Notes: generated from the letters alone by a model not told the origin. A stretch of DNA of 64,000 nt from Rhabdothermincola salaria (GCF_021246445.1 NZ_JAJQXW010000002.1:372001-436000); one strand, 5' to 3'; positions 1 to 10,210 are shown, counted from the first letter of the stretch. Made by a program: numbers and translations.

Positions 1-1417
1 ACGGACCGGTCTGCACCAGCGAGAGCAGCCAGGGTCCGGGCTCGTCGACCTCGAGGGTGGCCGTGGCCCGACACGACCACGTGTCGCCGACGCTCGCGGC
101 CGGGGCACCGAACCACACGGCGGTGCCGCTGTCGCGCCGGTCGCGGTGCAGGATCGCTCCGCCGAGGTCGTCGGGGGCGAAGAACGACACCGTGAGGCCC
201 GGCTCGCCGTCGTCGCCCGTCAACCAGCGCCCGGGGACCTCCGGGGTGGTGAGGGAGATGTCGACCCCGGCCTCGTGCACGAGCTCGACGCCCGCGCCGA
301 GACGGGAGCGGAGCGCCTCCAGGGGCGACACCAGCCGGTGGGCCGGCAGGTTGGCTGATCCGCCCCCCATGATCTGGGCCCGGGCGGCGTTGGGGCCGAT
401 GACCGCCACCCGCCGCAGACGGTCGGCCTCCAGGGGCAGCACCCCGTCGTTGCGCAACAGGACGGTGGCGCCGATGGCGGCCTGGCGGGCGACGGCCCGA
501 TGGCCCGGATCGTCGACCGAGCGAGGCTGCTCGGCCGGGTCGTGGTCGAGGGCCCCGACCCGGTCGAGGGTGCCGAGGAGCCGGGTGACGGCGGCATCGA
601 CGTCGGACTCGGCGACCACCCCGCCCCGCACGGCCTCGACCAGGGCCGGCCCGTAGGCCCGCGCCGGGCCGGGCATCTCGAGGTCGAGCCCGGCGCGGAT
701 GGCGAGGGGCGTCTGGGCCAGGGCGAACCAGTCGCTGACCACGAACCCCTCGAACCCCCATTCGTCGCGCAGGATGCCGGCCAACAGCGTGGCGCTGTCG
801 GCGCAGTGCTCGCCGTTGAGCCGGTTGTAGGAGGTCATGATCCCGAGGGCTCCGCCCTGTCGGACGGCCATCTCGAACGGCACGAGGTACAGCTCGCGCA
901 GCGTGCGCTCGTCGACGACGGAGTCGGCCACGAACCGGTCGAGCTCGGACTCGTTGCCGGCGAAGTGCTTGACCGTGGTGACGACCCCACGTGACTGCGC
1001 CCCGGCGACGAAGGCGGTGGCGATGCGTCCGGCGAGCACCGGGTCCTCGGAGTAGGACTCGAAGTTGCGCCCGCCGAGCGGCGATCGGTGCAGGTTGACC
1101 GTGGGCGCCAGCAGCACCCGACAGGCCTTGGTCCGGGCTTCCTCGCCCAATACCGCCCCGACCCGTTCGATCAGCTCGACGTCCCACGTCGCTCCCAGCG
1201 CCGCACCACAGGGCACGCACAGGGCGGTGAGCGGCTCCCCTTCGACCATCTCGGCGAGCATGGGCCCCCGGGCCCCGTTGGGCCCGTCGGTGACGCGCAC
1301 GGACGGGATGCCGAGGCGCTCCACCGCCGTGGTCGACCACAGATCGGCACCGGCCAGCAGTCGGGTCTTCTCGTCGAGGGTCAGCTCGCCGACGAGTTGG
1401 GCGACGTCACGGGGCAC
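1..1417 (-). CDS. glycoside hydrolase family 3 (beta-glucosidase), 5' part; runs off the window start
   Basis: Absent from the ORF track because it has no stop in the window. Manual translation from GTG 1417 gives MPRDVAQLVGELTLDEKTRLLAGADLW...LGIPSVRVTDGPNGARG, then GRNFESYSEDP, KHFAGNESE and SDW, all GH3 motifs. GGAGG RBS upstream. Confidence 0.9.
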   Translation of the reverse strand, partial: MPRDVAQLVGELTLDEKTRLLAGADLWSTTAVERLGIPSVRVTDGPNGARGPMLAEMVEGEPLTALCVPCGAALGATWDVELIERVGAVLGEEARTKACRVLLAPTVNLHRSPLGGRNFESYSEDPVLAGRIATAFVAGAQSRGVVTTVKHFAGNESELDRFVADSVVDERTLRELYLVPFEMAVRQGGALGIMTSYNRLNGEHCADSATLLAGILRDEWGFEGFVVSDWFALAQTPLAIRAGLDLEMPGPARAYGPALVEAVRGGVVAESDVDAAVTRLLGTLDRVGALDHDPAEQPRSVDDPGHRAVARQAAIGATVLLRNDGVLPLEADRLRRVAVIGPNAARAQIMGGGSANLPAHRLVSPLEALRSRLGAGVELVHEAGVDISLTTPEVPGRWLTGDDGEPGLTVSFFAPDDLGGAILHRDRRDSGTAVWFGAPAASVGDTWSCRATATLEVDEPGPWLLSLVQTGP

Positions 1418-1574
1418 GGCGGTTCCTCCAGGTCCGGCGGGGCCCCGACCGTAGCGGCGCGGACGCGACGGAGCCCGGGAGGCGGCGGGCACCGCTCCCT
1501 CCCGGGCTCCGTGTCACCAGTCGGGTCCGTCCGGCGCCAGTCGGCCGTCCCCGTGCGGTCGGACGCTCAGTCGC

Positions 1575-1967
1575 TCAGGCGACGACCTTGGCCTTCATCG
1601 ACTCGTACTCGGCGTCGCTGAGCTTGCCCCGGTCGTGCAGGTCGGCCAGCTGGGCCAGCTGCTCGGCCGGCGTGGCGGTGGAGGCCGCTTCGCGGATGTA
1701 GCTGTCCATGGCCGCCTTCTGATCCTCGGCCATCTTCATCTGGTTCTTCGCCATCTTGCCGCCATTGACGATGAGGTAGATGAAGACGCCCAGGTAGGGA
1801 AGGGCCAGGAGCACGACGACCCAGCCAGCCTTGAGCCAGCCGTTGAAGTCACGGTTGAACAGGTCCATGAACACCTGGAACAGCAACATGATCCAGATGA
1901 AGAACAGGAAGAAGTAGAGGATGGTCAGGAAGACCTGACCGGTCCCCCATTCGGCGGCGAACACCAT
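1575..1967 (-). CDS. small membrane protein with PLD_N-like N-terminus and C-terminal SHOCT domain
   Basis: Two hydrophobic segments (KAGWVVVLLALPYLGVFIYL) and EQLAQLADLHDRGKLSDAEYESMKAK SHOCT pattern; AGGAG RBS. Confidence 0.85.
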   Translation of the reverse strand: MVFAAEWGTGQVFLTILYFFLFFIWIMLLFQVFMDLFNRDFNGWLKAGWVVVLLALPYLGVFIYLIVNGGKMAKNQMKMAEDQKAAMDSYIREAASTATPAEQLAQLADLHDRGKLSDAEYESMKAKVVA

Positions 1968-2115
1968 CGCGGGAGCTCCTTGGTCGACTCACCTCGTCCG
2001 TGGTCGGACGAGCGGCCACGCGCGTGGCGGCGTCACCCTACGCGCTCGGACGCGGCCGGGACCGCCTTTGGCGCCGGGGTGCCGGTCGGCCGGGCGACGT
2101 CGGCCGACCGTGGTC

Positions 2116-2904
2116 TCAGCGGGGCCACTCCGGCGGTCGTTTCTGGAGGAACGAATCGAGGCCCTCGCGCATCTCGGGGCGCTCGATGGCCCGGAAGAAC
2201 AGGCCGTAGTCCATGGCCGGCAGGCGGGCGTTGAGGTCGCGCTTCACGTCGGCGCGGGCCTGGGGTCCGGTGAGGGCGACCTGTTCGAGCACCCACTCGA
2301 CGTGGGCGTCGAGCTCGTCGTGGGGCACCACCTTGCCCACCAGACCCATGGCCTCGGCTTCCGGCGCGGTGATCTCGGCTGCGGTGAAGAAGAGGTAGCG
2401 GGCCCGGGCCAGGCCCACCGCCTCGGCCAGGCGGGCCGACATGAACGGGTCGGGGATGCCGCGCAGGAGCTCGGGCACCCGGAAGCGCGCCCGGTCGGAG
2501 GCGACGGCGATGTCGCAGCACAGGGTCAGGTCGAGCCCACCGGCGTGGCACAGCCCGTTGACCTTGGCCACCCACAGCTTGCGGCACCGCTCGATGTGGC
2601 GGAACGGGAACTGCTCGGTGGAGTCCCACTCGACGGCGAGGCCGTCGGTGTCCTCGGCCCGGCCGCCCATGTCGCCACCGGCGCCGAACCACTCGTCGGT
2701 GCCGGTGAGGCACACCGCGTCGAGGTCGGCCTGGCTGTCGGCCCACACGGCCGCCCGCTTCAGGGCCCGGTACATGTCCTGGGTGAACGAGTTGCGCCGC
2801 TCGGTGCGGTCGATGCGCAGGTGCAGCACCCGCCCGCGCACCTCGGCCACCACGTAGCGGGTGCCGAAGTCGGGGGCGACGAGGGTCGTCTCGGTGTCGG
2901 CCAC
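2116..2904 (-). CDS. enoyl-CoA hydratase/isomerase family protein
   Basis: FGAGGDM, AKVNGLCHAGGLDLTLCCDI and FRVPELLRGI crotonase motifs; GTG start 1 nt after the upstream stop. Confidence 0.9.
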   Translation of the reverse strand: MADTETTLVAPDFGTRYVVAEVRGRVLHLRIDRTERRNSFTQDMYRALKRAAVWADSQADLDAVCLTGTDEWFGAGGDMGGRAEDTDGLAVEWDSTEQFPFRHIERCRKLWVAKVNGLCHAGGLDLTLCCDIAVASDRARFRVPELLRGIPDPFMSARLAEAVGLARARYLFFTAAEITAPEAEAMGLVGKVVPHDELDAHVEWVLEQVALTGPQARADVKRDLNARLPAMDYGLFFRAIERPEMREGLDSFLQKRPPEWPR

Positions 2905-2905
2905 G

Positions 2906-4099
2906 TCAGAGCCCGTAGACGCGAGCGGCGTTGCCGGACAGCACCTTGGCGGTGACGTCGTCGGGCACGTCGGCGAACAGGGCCTGGGCGTAGTCGCGGG
3001 GGCGCTGGGCCGGCGTCTGGGGGCCGGGGTGCTGGCAGGTGGGGTGCGGGTAGTCGGTCTCGAACATGATGTTGTCGGGGTACTTGGCGATGGCGTCGAG
3101 GGCGGCCTGCGTCTCGAACCAGAAGCAGCCGTACACCTGGCGGCGGAAGTACTCGCTCGGCAGGAGGTCGTACTCGGGGTGCTCGAGGCGGGGACCGCCG
3201 TTGAGCCACTGCCAGTCGAAGGTCTCCATGGCGGCGGGGATCCAGCCGGCACCGCTCTCCACCGACACGAGCTTGAGGTCCGGGAAGCGATGGCAGACGC
3301 CCCCGAAGATGAGGTCGGCCATGCAGCGCATGTTGTCCATGAAGATGAGCGACGAGACCTTGGCGAAGTTGGTCATCCACCCCATGCCGGCGGTGTCCTC
3401 GAACTGGGTGCCCATGGAGCCGCCACCGACGTGGAAGTTCACGGGGATGCCGGCCTCCTGGGCCGTGGCCCAGATGGGGTCCCAGTGCGGGTGGGCCAGC
3501 GCGGGCATGCCGTAGTCCTGCGGTTGGTTGCAGAAGTTCACGGCCCGATGCCCCATGTCGATGCAGCGCTGCAGCTCCTCGAGGGCCAGGTCGAGGTCCC
3601 AGAAGGGCAGGGCGGTGATGGGGATCAGCCGGTCGCGGTCGGCCGAGCACCAGTCGGTGAGGAAGTCGTTGTAGGCCCGCACGCACTGGGCGACGAGCTC
3701 GCGGTCGCCGAGGCGCAGGAAGTACCCGTTGCCGAAGCCGCCCACGTTCGGGTACAGGATCTGAGCGTCGATGCCCTCACGGTCGAGGAACTCGAGGCGC
3801 GCGTTGGCGTCGTACATCGCCGGGGCGATGTCGTCGTAGGTGTCGGGGATCGACGCCGGCATGATCCCGTCGTGGCCGGCCATGGAGTAGAAGCCCGGGG
3901 AGCCGATGCGCTCGCCGTTGACCATCCAGGTGTCGCGCCCGTCGACCCGCTCGATGTGAGGGACCTTGTCGTGCAGCGACGCCGGGAACGAGCGGGTCCA
4001 GGTGTCGGGCGGCTCGGTGAGGTGGGTGTCGACGTCGATCACGCGGTGGCGATCGAACAGGTCTCCGGTCGTGGTGGGGTTCTCGGCGATGAGGGTCAT
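2906..4099 (-). CDS. amidohydrolase family protein (amidohydro_2)
   Basis: IDVDTHLTEP, VNFHVGG, VESGAGWIP and FETDYPH motifs; AGGAGG RBS before ATG 4099. Confidence 0.9.
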   Translation of the reverse strand: MTLIAENPTTTGDLFDRHRVIDVDTHLTEPPDTWTRSFPASLHDKVPHIERVDGRDTWMVNGERIGSPGFYSMAGHDGIMPASIPDTYDDIAPAMYDANARLEFLDREGIDAQILYPNVGGFGNGYFLRLGDRELVAQCVRAYNDFLTDWCSADRDRLIPITALPFWDLDLALEELQRCIDMGHRAVNFCNQPQDYGMPALAHPHWDPIWATAQEAGIPVNFHVGGGSMGTQFEDTAGMGWMTNFAKVSSLIFMDNMRCMADLIFGGVCHRFPDLKLVSVESGAGWIPAAMETFDWQWLNGGPRLEHPEYDLLPSEYFRRQVYGCFWFETQAALDAIAKYPDNIMFETDYPHPTCQHPGPQTPAQRPRDYAQALFADVPDDVTAKVLSGNAARVYGL

Positions 4100-4115
4100 G
4101 GGTGCCTCCTGAGGG

Positions 4116-6488
4116 CTAGGCCCCTTGGGGCCAGGTGCCGATGACGCCCTGTTCCTCCAGGGCGGCCAGCTCGGCGGGGTCGTGTCCGAGCCAGCCACCG
4201 AGGATCTCGGTGTTGTGCTGGCCCAGGGTCGGTGCGGGGCGACGGATCCAGTGGTCGACGCTGGCGAAGCGGAAGGGCAGCCCCGGGGTGGCCTGGGTGC
4301 CCACCACCGGGTGGTCGACCGGCTCGAAGTAGCCCCGGGCCTGCATCTGCTCCTGTTCGGAGGAGCGGCGGCTGTCGGTGAGGGGGGCGGCGGGCACGCC
4401 GGCGGCCACGAGGGCGCCGAGCGCCTCGGCCACCGACCGCTCCCCCGCCCAGGCGGCCACGATGTCGTCGAGGCGGTCGTGGTGGCGGCGTCGACCGGCC
4501 AGGGTGGCGAGCTCGGGGTCGTCGGCCAGCTCGGGCCGGCCGAGGACCTCGGCCAGGTGGCGGAACTGCTCGTCGGTGGCGCACGACAGCGCCAGCCACT
4601 GCTCGGTGCCGGCACAGGCGTAGAGGTTCTGCGGGGCGGCCGCCGGGCTGCGGTTGCCCTCGCGTCCCACCAGGCGCTGGTAGGCGGTCCACTCGATCAC
4701 GGGTTCGGCGGCGACGTTGAGGGCGGCCTCGAACATCGGGGCCTCGACCAGGCAGCCCTGACCGGTGCGCTCGCGCCGCTCCAGCGCCACGAGGGCGGCG
4801 AACACGGCGTGCAGGCCGCCGTTGGGGTCGCACGGACCCCGTTGGATGCGGGGCTGGTCTTCGGGGTGGCCCGTCATCCAGGCCAGTCCCGTGATCTGCT
4901 CCATGGTCTGGGCGAAGCCGGGCCGGTCGCGCCACGGACCGTCGAGGCCGAAGGCGGGCATCCGCACCATGACCGCCCGGGGGTTGGCGTCGTGGATGAC
5001 CGGCCAGTCGAGCCCGAAGTTCTCGATCACCCGGGGGGTGTAGTTCTCGATGACGATGTCGGCCTCGGCGGCCAGCTCGAGCGCCAGGGCCTTGCCCTCG
5101 GGCCGGTCGAGGTCGAGGGTGACGTCGTACTTGTTGGTGTTGGCCTGCAGGAAGAAGGCGCTGTACTCCCACCACTGGTCACGGCCGAAGAAGGCTCCGC
5201 CGGCGGTGCGCATGCCGTCGATGCGGCGGGTGGACTCGACGTGGACCACCTCGGCGCCCATGGCGGCGAACACGGCGGCGCCCGACGGGCCGGCCCACCA
5301 GGCGGTGAGGTCGAGGACCTTGAGCCCCTCGAGCGGCAGCGGCGGCGGGCCGTCGGGGGCCTGCGGACGGTCGCGGCGCCGAGGGGCGGGGGCGGCCGTG
5401 TGCTCGCCCACCGCCGGGGCCGGCCGAGGGGTCGGGGCCGGCTCGCCGTCGAAGCGGTAGGGCCGCCTCGGCATGGTGAAGTCGCCGTCGGGGGCGGTGA
5501 GGAACACCCCGCGCTCGCGGGGGTGGTCGAGCTCGAGCAGCGAGCGACCGTCGGAGACGGGGGCGACGGGGATGCGTAGGGCGGCGGCCCGTTCGACCAG
5601 CTCGGCGGTGGGGTGCTGCACGGTGAACTCGCGCACCATCTGGTTCCACTCGTCGGCCCGGGCCACTCGCACGGCGAGGGAGGCGAACTCGGCGTCGTCG
5701 AGCAGGTCGGGCCGCTCGATGAGGATGCAGAACGACTCCCACTGGTCGCGGGTGTTGGTGTTGACGCCGATCCAGCCGTCGCTGGTGGGCTCGATCGACG
5801 GGATCTCGACGGTGCGGGCCGGCACCTCGGGGTCGATGGGGGGCCGCCCGGCGAGGCCGGCGAAGAGGTCGGCGAAGTTGCCCCCGGTGACGTTGGCCAC
5901 CTCGCACAGGGCCAGGTCGACGAGCTCGCCGTGCCCGGTGCGGCGGGCCCGACCGACGGCGGCCAACGAGGCCACCCCGGCGTAGGCGCCCGCCACCCAC
6001 TCGACGACCCGCCCGCCCATCTGGAAGGGGGGCAGCTCTCTGGTGCCCCGGAGGGCGAGGGCTCCGCTGTCGGACTGCACGGTGAACTCGGTGGCCGGTC
6101 GATCGGCGTAGGGGCCGGCGAGGCCGTAGGGCGACAGGGCCACCACGACCGTGCCGGGGCACCGCGCGGCCAGCTCGGCCGGGTCGCCGGCCGGCCCGTG
6201 GGCACCGGTGATCACCAGGTCGGCCGCCGCGCACAGGTCGCTCAGCGACGCCTCGCCGGCCTCGGCGACGACGGAGCGCTGGCCGTGGCGCAGGTAGCGG
6301 AAGAGGGCACCGTCGGCCTCGGTGGGCTCGCCCGACCACTGCCACCGCCGCCAGGGGTCGCCGCCGGGGGGCTCGACACGGGTGACGACGGCTCCGGCGT
6401 CGGTGAAGAGCTTGGCGCAGTAGGCGCCGGCCAGGTCGTCGGAGACGTCGACGACGACGACATCGTGCAGCTCAGCGTGATCCCCCAT
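4116..6488 (-). CDS. tandem-domain CaiB/BaiF family III CoA transferase
   Basis: Two CoA-transferase III repeats (VVDVSDDLAGAYCAKLF; LEGLKVLDLTAWWAGP; ENYTPRV). Confidence 0.9.
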   Translation of the reverse strand: MGDHAELHDVVVVDVSDDLAGAYCAKLFTDAGAVVTRVEPPGGDPWRRWQWSGEPTEADGALFRYLRHGQRSVVAEAGEASLSDLCAAADLVITGAHGPAGDPAELAARCPGTVVVALSPYGLAGPYADRPATEFTVQSDSGALALRGTRELPPFQMGGRVVEWVAGAYAGVASLAAVGRARRTGHGELVDLALCEVANVTGGNFADLFAGLAGRPPIDPEVPARTVEIPSIEPTSDGWIGVNTNTRDQWESFCILIERPDLLDDAEFASLAVRVARADEWNQMVREFTVQHPTAELVERAAALRIPVAPVSDGRSLLELDHPRERGVFLTAPDGDFTMPRRPYRFDGEPAPTPRPAPAVGEHTAAPAPRRRDRPQAPDGPPPLPLEGLKVLDLTAWWAGPSGAAVFAAMGAEVVHVESTRRIDGMRTAGGAFFGRDQWWEYSAFFLQANTNKYDVTLDLDRPEGKALALELAAEADIVIENYTPRVIENFGLDWPVIHDANPRAVMVRMPAFGLDGPWRDRPGFAQTMEQITGLAWMTGHPEDQPRIQRGPCDPNGGLHAVFAALVALERRERTGQGCLVEAPMFEAALNVAAEPVIEWTAYQRLVGREGNRSPAAAPQNLYACAGTEQWLALSCATDEQFRHLAEVLGRPELADDPELATLAGRRRHHDRLDDIVAAWAGERSVAEALGALVAAGVPAAPLTDSRRSSEQEQMQARGYFEPVDHPVVGTQATPGLPFRFASVDHWIRRPAPTLGQHNTEILGGWLGHDPAELAALEEQGVIGTWPQGA

Positions 6489-6508
6489 CACCGGCGACCC
6501 TAGCACCG

Positions 6509-6533
6509 CCTCGGTCCACCATGCGGACCGAGG
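6509..6533. promoter_or_regulatory. 9-bp inverted repeat CCTCGGTCC-N7-GGACCGAGG, probable IclR operator
   Basis: Perfect inverted repeat in the short divergent gap between the CoA transferase and the IclR gene, next to a minus-strand TAGGGT -10 at 6497-6502. Confidence 0.55.
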
Positions 6534-6550
6534 TCGTCCGGTGTGCCACC

Positions 6551-7321
6551 ATGGCCGGCGTGAAGAGCGTGCGCACCGCGTTGCGGGTCTTCGAGACCGT
6601 CGCCGCCCACCAACCGGTGGGCCTGAGCGAGCTCTCCCGCACGCTCGACGTCCCCAAGGCCTCGGTGCAGCGGGCCCTGCGCACCCTCTCCGACGCCGGG
6701 TGGCTCCGCCACGACGTCACCCGTCCCGGGCTCTGGGTGGTCACCGCCCGGTTCTCCGTGCTGGCCGACGCCGACCCGGCCGTCATCACCGCCCGCGAAG
6801 CGGCCCGACCCCGGCTCGACGACCTACGTCGACGCCTCGATGCCCCGACCGGGCTGTTCGTGCTCGACGGCGACCGCATGGTCATCCTGGCCGGCCCCGA
6901 GGATCCCGAGACGCTCCGGGCCCTCGACGAGACCCTCGGCCCCCTGCCCGTCCACCTCAGCGCCGCCGGCCGGGCCATCCTCGCCCGCCTGCCCACCGAG
7001 ACCCGCGACGAGATCATGGCCCGGGTCCTCCCTACCGGGGCCGACCCCGATCTGGCGGCGCGGGTCCACGACGGGATGGCACGGGTGACCGCCGACGGCT
7101 ACGCGGTCGCGGCCGGCGAGTACCAGGCGGACCTGACCGTCGTGGCCGCCCCCGTCGTCGACGCCGCCGGCCTCCCCGTCGCCGCCGTCGCGGCCATGGC
7201 CGAGCGGCTGCTCGACGACGACGAGACGGCGACCTTCGGTGCCGCGGTGGTGGATGCAGCGGCGGCGGTCACCCGGGTGCTGGACTCGATGCCCCTCGGC
7301 GCTCCCGCCACGACGGCCTGA
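6551..7321 (+). CDS. IclR family transcriptional regulator
   Basis: VKSVRTALRVFE...GLSELSRTLDVPKASVQRALRTL HTH; LPVHLSAAGRAILA and VVAAPV IclR C-domain. Confidence 0.9.
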   Translation: MAGVKSVRTALRVFETVAAHQPVGLSELSRTLDVPKASVQRALRTLSDAGWLRHDVTRPGLWVVTARFSVLADADPAVITAREAARPRLDDLRRRLDAPTGLFVLDGDRMVILAGPEDPETLRALDETLGPLPVHLSAAGRAILARLPTETRDEIMARVLPTGADPDLAARVHDGMARVTADGYAVAAGEYQADLTVVAAPVVDAAGLPVAAVAAMAERLLDDDETATFGAAVVDAAAAVTRVLDSMPLGAPATTA

Positions 7322-7400
7322 GCGCGTCGCCGGCGAACGGCGGCTCTCCCCGCGCCCGACCACCAGCACAGCAGGCCGACGCGCGGGAGGGAGCGCCGCC

Positions 7401-7703
7401 TCAGGGCTCGACGTGGTGCTGCACGGCGGTGCGGGCGGCCAGCACCGGCGCGATGAGCTCGGCGATGACCTGCTGGTGCTCGGGGTGGTCGCGGTAGCGC
7501 TCCCACCCGGCCTGGTCGTCGGTGTCGGCCACCACGGCGATGGTGGCGTTGCCCGGGCTCACCCCGGCGTCGACGCCCACCACGTAGGTGCGCAGCTCGG
7601 GGATGGCCGACGGCAGCCGGCGCAGGGCGGCGACGATCTCGTCGGCCCGGCCCGGTGGGGCGTCGTCGGCGAGGGTGAGCAGCACGATGTGACGAAACGC
7701 CAT
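7401..7703 (-). CDS. Dabb (stress-responsive A/B barrel) family protein
   Basis: FRHIVLLTL...LPSAIPELR...YRDHPEHQ pattern. Confidence 0.85.
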   Translation of the reverse strand: MAFRHIVLLTLADDAPPGRADEIVAALRRLPSAIPELRTYVVGVDAGVSPGNATIAVVADTDDQAGWERYRDHPEHQQVIAELIAPVLAARTAVQHHVEP

Positions 7704-7965
7704 CGGTGTCCTCCGGGTCGTGGGCGCCCCGGGCGAGGCGCCGCGTCAGCACCACTGTGGCGCCTGCCGAGGCGTGCGGCCGACCGTCACGGCCCCATCG
7801 GTCTCCGGGTTGTGCACGAGGGGGCTTCGGGGAGTAGGAAGGTGGCTGCCGCCGGGGGGTGGCTCGAGAGTGCCGGGCACCGAGGTGCCCCGGGAGAGCG
7901 AGGGTCCCCCGCCGGTGCCGGAACCCCAGAACCGTTCGCCGCCGAGCGCCGGAGCGTGCACCGAG

Positions 7966-8301
7966 ATGATGACCGACACCGCCCTGTTGGGCGTCGTCCT
8001 GACCCCCCGCCAGATCTGGGAGCTGCTGGACCTGGTCCGCGACGAGCCCGGGGACGCCGACGAGGACGTGCTCGACGCCGTCGCCGCCAAGTTGCAGAAC
8101 CCCCGGCAGTTCACCCGGGCCAGCGCCTCGAAGTACCAGGGCCGCCTCCTCGTGCTCAGCACGGAGGAGCACGAGGCCCTCCTCGCCCTGGTGCTCGACG
8201 ACGTCACTCCGCCGACCGAGGTCATCGAGGCGGTCGGCGAGCGCCTGGAGGGGCTGGTGCCGGACCGGCGTCGAGGGCCGAAGCGCGACAACGAATCCTG
8301 A
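7966..8301 (+). CDS. hypothetical protein
   Basis: Strong GC3 codon bias from ATG 7966; no recognised family. Confidence 0.6.
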   Translation: MMTDTALLGVVLTPRQIWELLDLVRDEPGDADEDVLDAVAAKLQNPRQFTRASASKYQGRLLVLSTEEHEALLALVLDDVTPPTEVIEAVGERLEGLVPDRRRGPKRDNES

Positions 8302-8485
8302 TCGCCGCGGGGCCCGCTGCCAAGGGGCCCCGGGCGCCGACAGTAGGGACCTCCGTCCCTGGTCCCCCTCCACCGGGTCGGGCACCATGAGCAGTGCAGA
8401 AGACAGGAGGACCCCGGTGAGTGAACCACCCGCTCCGAGGACGATCCCTCGGACGACATGACGCTCCTGCACCTGCGAGAGACCT

Positions 8486-8509
8486 GAGCCCCGATTCCGA
8501 TCGGGGCTC
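8486..8509. terminator. 10-bp stem-loop GAGCCCCGAT-TCCG-ATCGGGGCTC
   Basis: Perfect inverted repeat in an intergenic region, followed by a weakly T-rich tract. Confidence 0.55.
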
Positions 8510-8533
8510 TCGTCGTTGTGCCACCGTGGCGCC

Positions 8534-8941
8534 ATGACCACCGAGCTCGACCCCCACCGCCGACGCAACCTCGATGCCGTCCTCGGCGCCTTCGCCGGGA
8601 TCGCCGCCGGCGACGCCGACCGCCAGCTGGCGCACTACACCGACGACCTCGTCATCGACCTGCCCTACTCGTCGCCCCCCAAGCGCCTCGAGGGGCGCGA
8701 GGCGGCTCGGGCCTTCCTCTCCGGAGCCCTCCAGGTCTTCGAGCTGCACCTCACCGTCGACGAGGTGCACCCCGGTCTCGATCCCGACGAGATGGTGCTG
8801 GAGTTCTCCGGCACCGGCACCCACCGCGAGACCGGGGCGCCCTACACCAACCGCTACGTCGGCATCTTCGCCTTCCGCGACGGCCGTATCCGCTTCCAGC
8901 GCGAGTACTACGACACCAGCGCCATCCCCGGGCGCACCTGA
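8534..8941 (+). CDS. SnoaL-like / NTF2-fold protein (PhzA/B-like)
   Basis: YTDDLVIDLPY, GAPYTNRYVGIFAFRDGRIRFQREYYD. Confidence 0.85.
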   Translation: MTTELDPHRRRNLDAVLGAFAGIAAGDADRQLAHYTDDLVIDLPYSSPPKRLEGREAARAFLSGALQVFELHLTVDEVHPGLDPDEMVLEFSGTGTHRETGAPYTNRYVGIFAFRDGRIRFQREYYDTSAIPGRT

Positions 8942-8953
8942 TCCCGTCCGCGG

Positions 8954-10120
8954 TCAGCTCGTGGGCAACGACCGGTGGAAGGCCCGGAGGTCGGTCACGA
9001 AGCCCTCGGGCCGCTCGAAGGCGGCGAAGTGGCCGCCCCGTTCGGCCTCGGCCCAGTAGACGAGGTCGTAGGCCTTCTCGGCCCACGCTCTCGGCGTCTG
9101 CAGCAGCTCGTACGGGTAGACGGTGTGACCGCTCGGCACCTCGACCCGCTGTCCGACGGGGTCGGTGGGAGAGCTGCCCCCACGAGCCGACTCGGCGTAG
9201 AGGCGGGCCGCCGAACCGGCGGTGTTGGTGACCCAGTAGGCCATGAGGTTGTCGAGCAGGCGGTCCCAGCCGTAGGTGGCGGACAGCCCGCCCTCGTCGA
9301 GGTCGCTCCAGGCGTTGAACTTCTCGAGGATCCACGCGGCCAACCCCACCGGGGAGTCGGTGAGCCCGTAGGCCAGGGTCTGGGGGCGGGTCGACTGGAT
9401 CGCCATGTAGCCGGTGCCGTCGGCGATGCGAGCACCGGCGGTGGCGAAGCGTTCCTGGTCGGCCTCGGTGACGCCCTCCATGGGGTCGGGGTCGTCAGCA
9501 CCGGGGAAGGCGAACATCATGTTGACGTGCAGTCCGATCAGGCGGTCGGGGTGGTCGACGCCGAGCCAGCGGGTGACGACCGCGCCCCAATCGCCCCCCT
9601 GGGCCACGAAGCGCTCGTAGCCGAGCTGGGACATCACCTCGGCGAGGATGGATGCGACCCGCCGGGAGTCGACCCCCTGGGTGCGGGTGGGACCGGAGAA
9701 GCCGTAGCCGGGCATCGACGGCACCACCACGTGGAAGGCGTCGGCGGCGTCCCCCCCATGGGCCTCGGGATCGCTCAGCGGTCCGAGCAGGTCGAGGAAC
9801 TCCACGAAGGAGCCGGGCCAGCCGTGGGTGAGCAGCAGGGGCGTGGCGTCGTCGTGAGGCGAGCGCACGTGCAGGAAGTGGACCTGCTCGCCCTGGGCCT
9901 CGGTGAGGAAGTGGGGCCAGGCGTTCATCGCCGCCTCACGCGCCCGCCAGTCGTAGCGGTGACGCCAGTGGTCGACCGCGGTCTGCACCTCGGTGACCGG
10001 GATGCCGAACGACCACGGCTCACCGGGGGCCTGATCGGGCCAGCGCGCGTTGTCGAGTCGGCGGTGCAGGTCCTCGAGGACCTCGTCGGGGACGGCGATG
10101 GTGAAGGGCTGCGGGGTCAT
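8954..10120 (-). CDS. epoxide hydrolase (EHN N-terminus + alpha/beta hydrolase)
   Basis: PFTIAVPDEVLEDL, LLLTHGWPGSF, AQGGDWG and GGHFAAFE motifs. Confidence 0.92.
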   Translation of the reverse strand: MTPQPFTIAVPDEVLEDLHRRLDNARWPDQAPGEPWSFGIPVTEVQTAVDHWRHRYDWRAREAAMNAWPHFLTEAQGEQVHFLHVRSPHDDATPLLLTHGWPGSFVEFLDLLGPLSDPEAHGGDAADAFHVVVPSMPGYGFSGPTRTQGVDSRRVASILAEVMSQLGYERFVAQGGDWGAVVTRWLGVDHPDRLIGLHVNMMFAFPGADDPDPMEGVTEADQERFATAGARIADGTGYMAIQSTRPQTLAYGLTDSPVGLAAWILEKFNAWSDLDEGGLSATYGWDRLLDNLMAYWVTNTAGSAARLYAESARGGSSPTDPVGQRVEVPSGHTVYPYELLQTPRAWAEKAYDLVYWAEAERGGHFAAFERPEGFVTDLRAFHRSLPTS

Positions 10121-10210
10121 GGTCACACTCTGGCCCAGCGAGCTCTGGCGCGCTCGGGGGTGGCAGCCGAGCCGGGAGGCGACCCGCTCGGGGACGCCCA
10201 CCGTCGAGGT

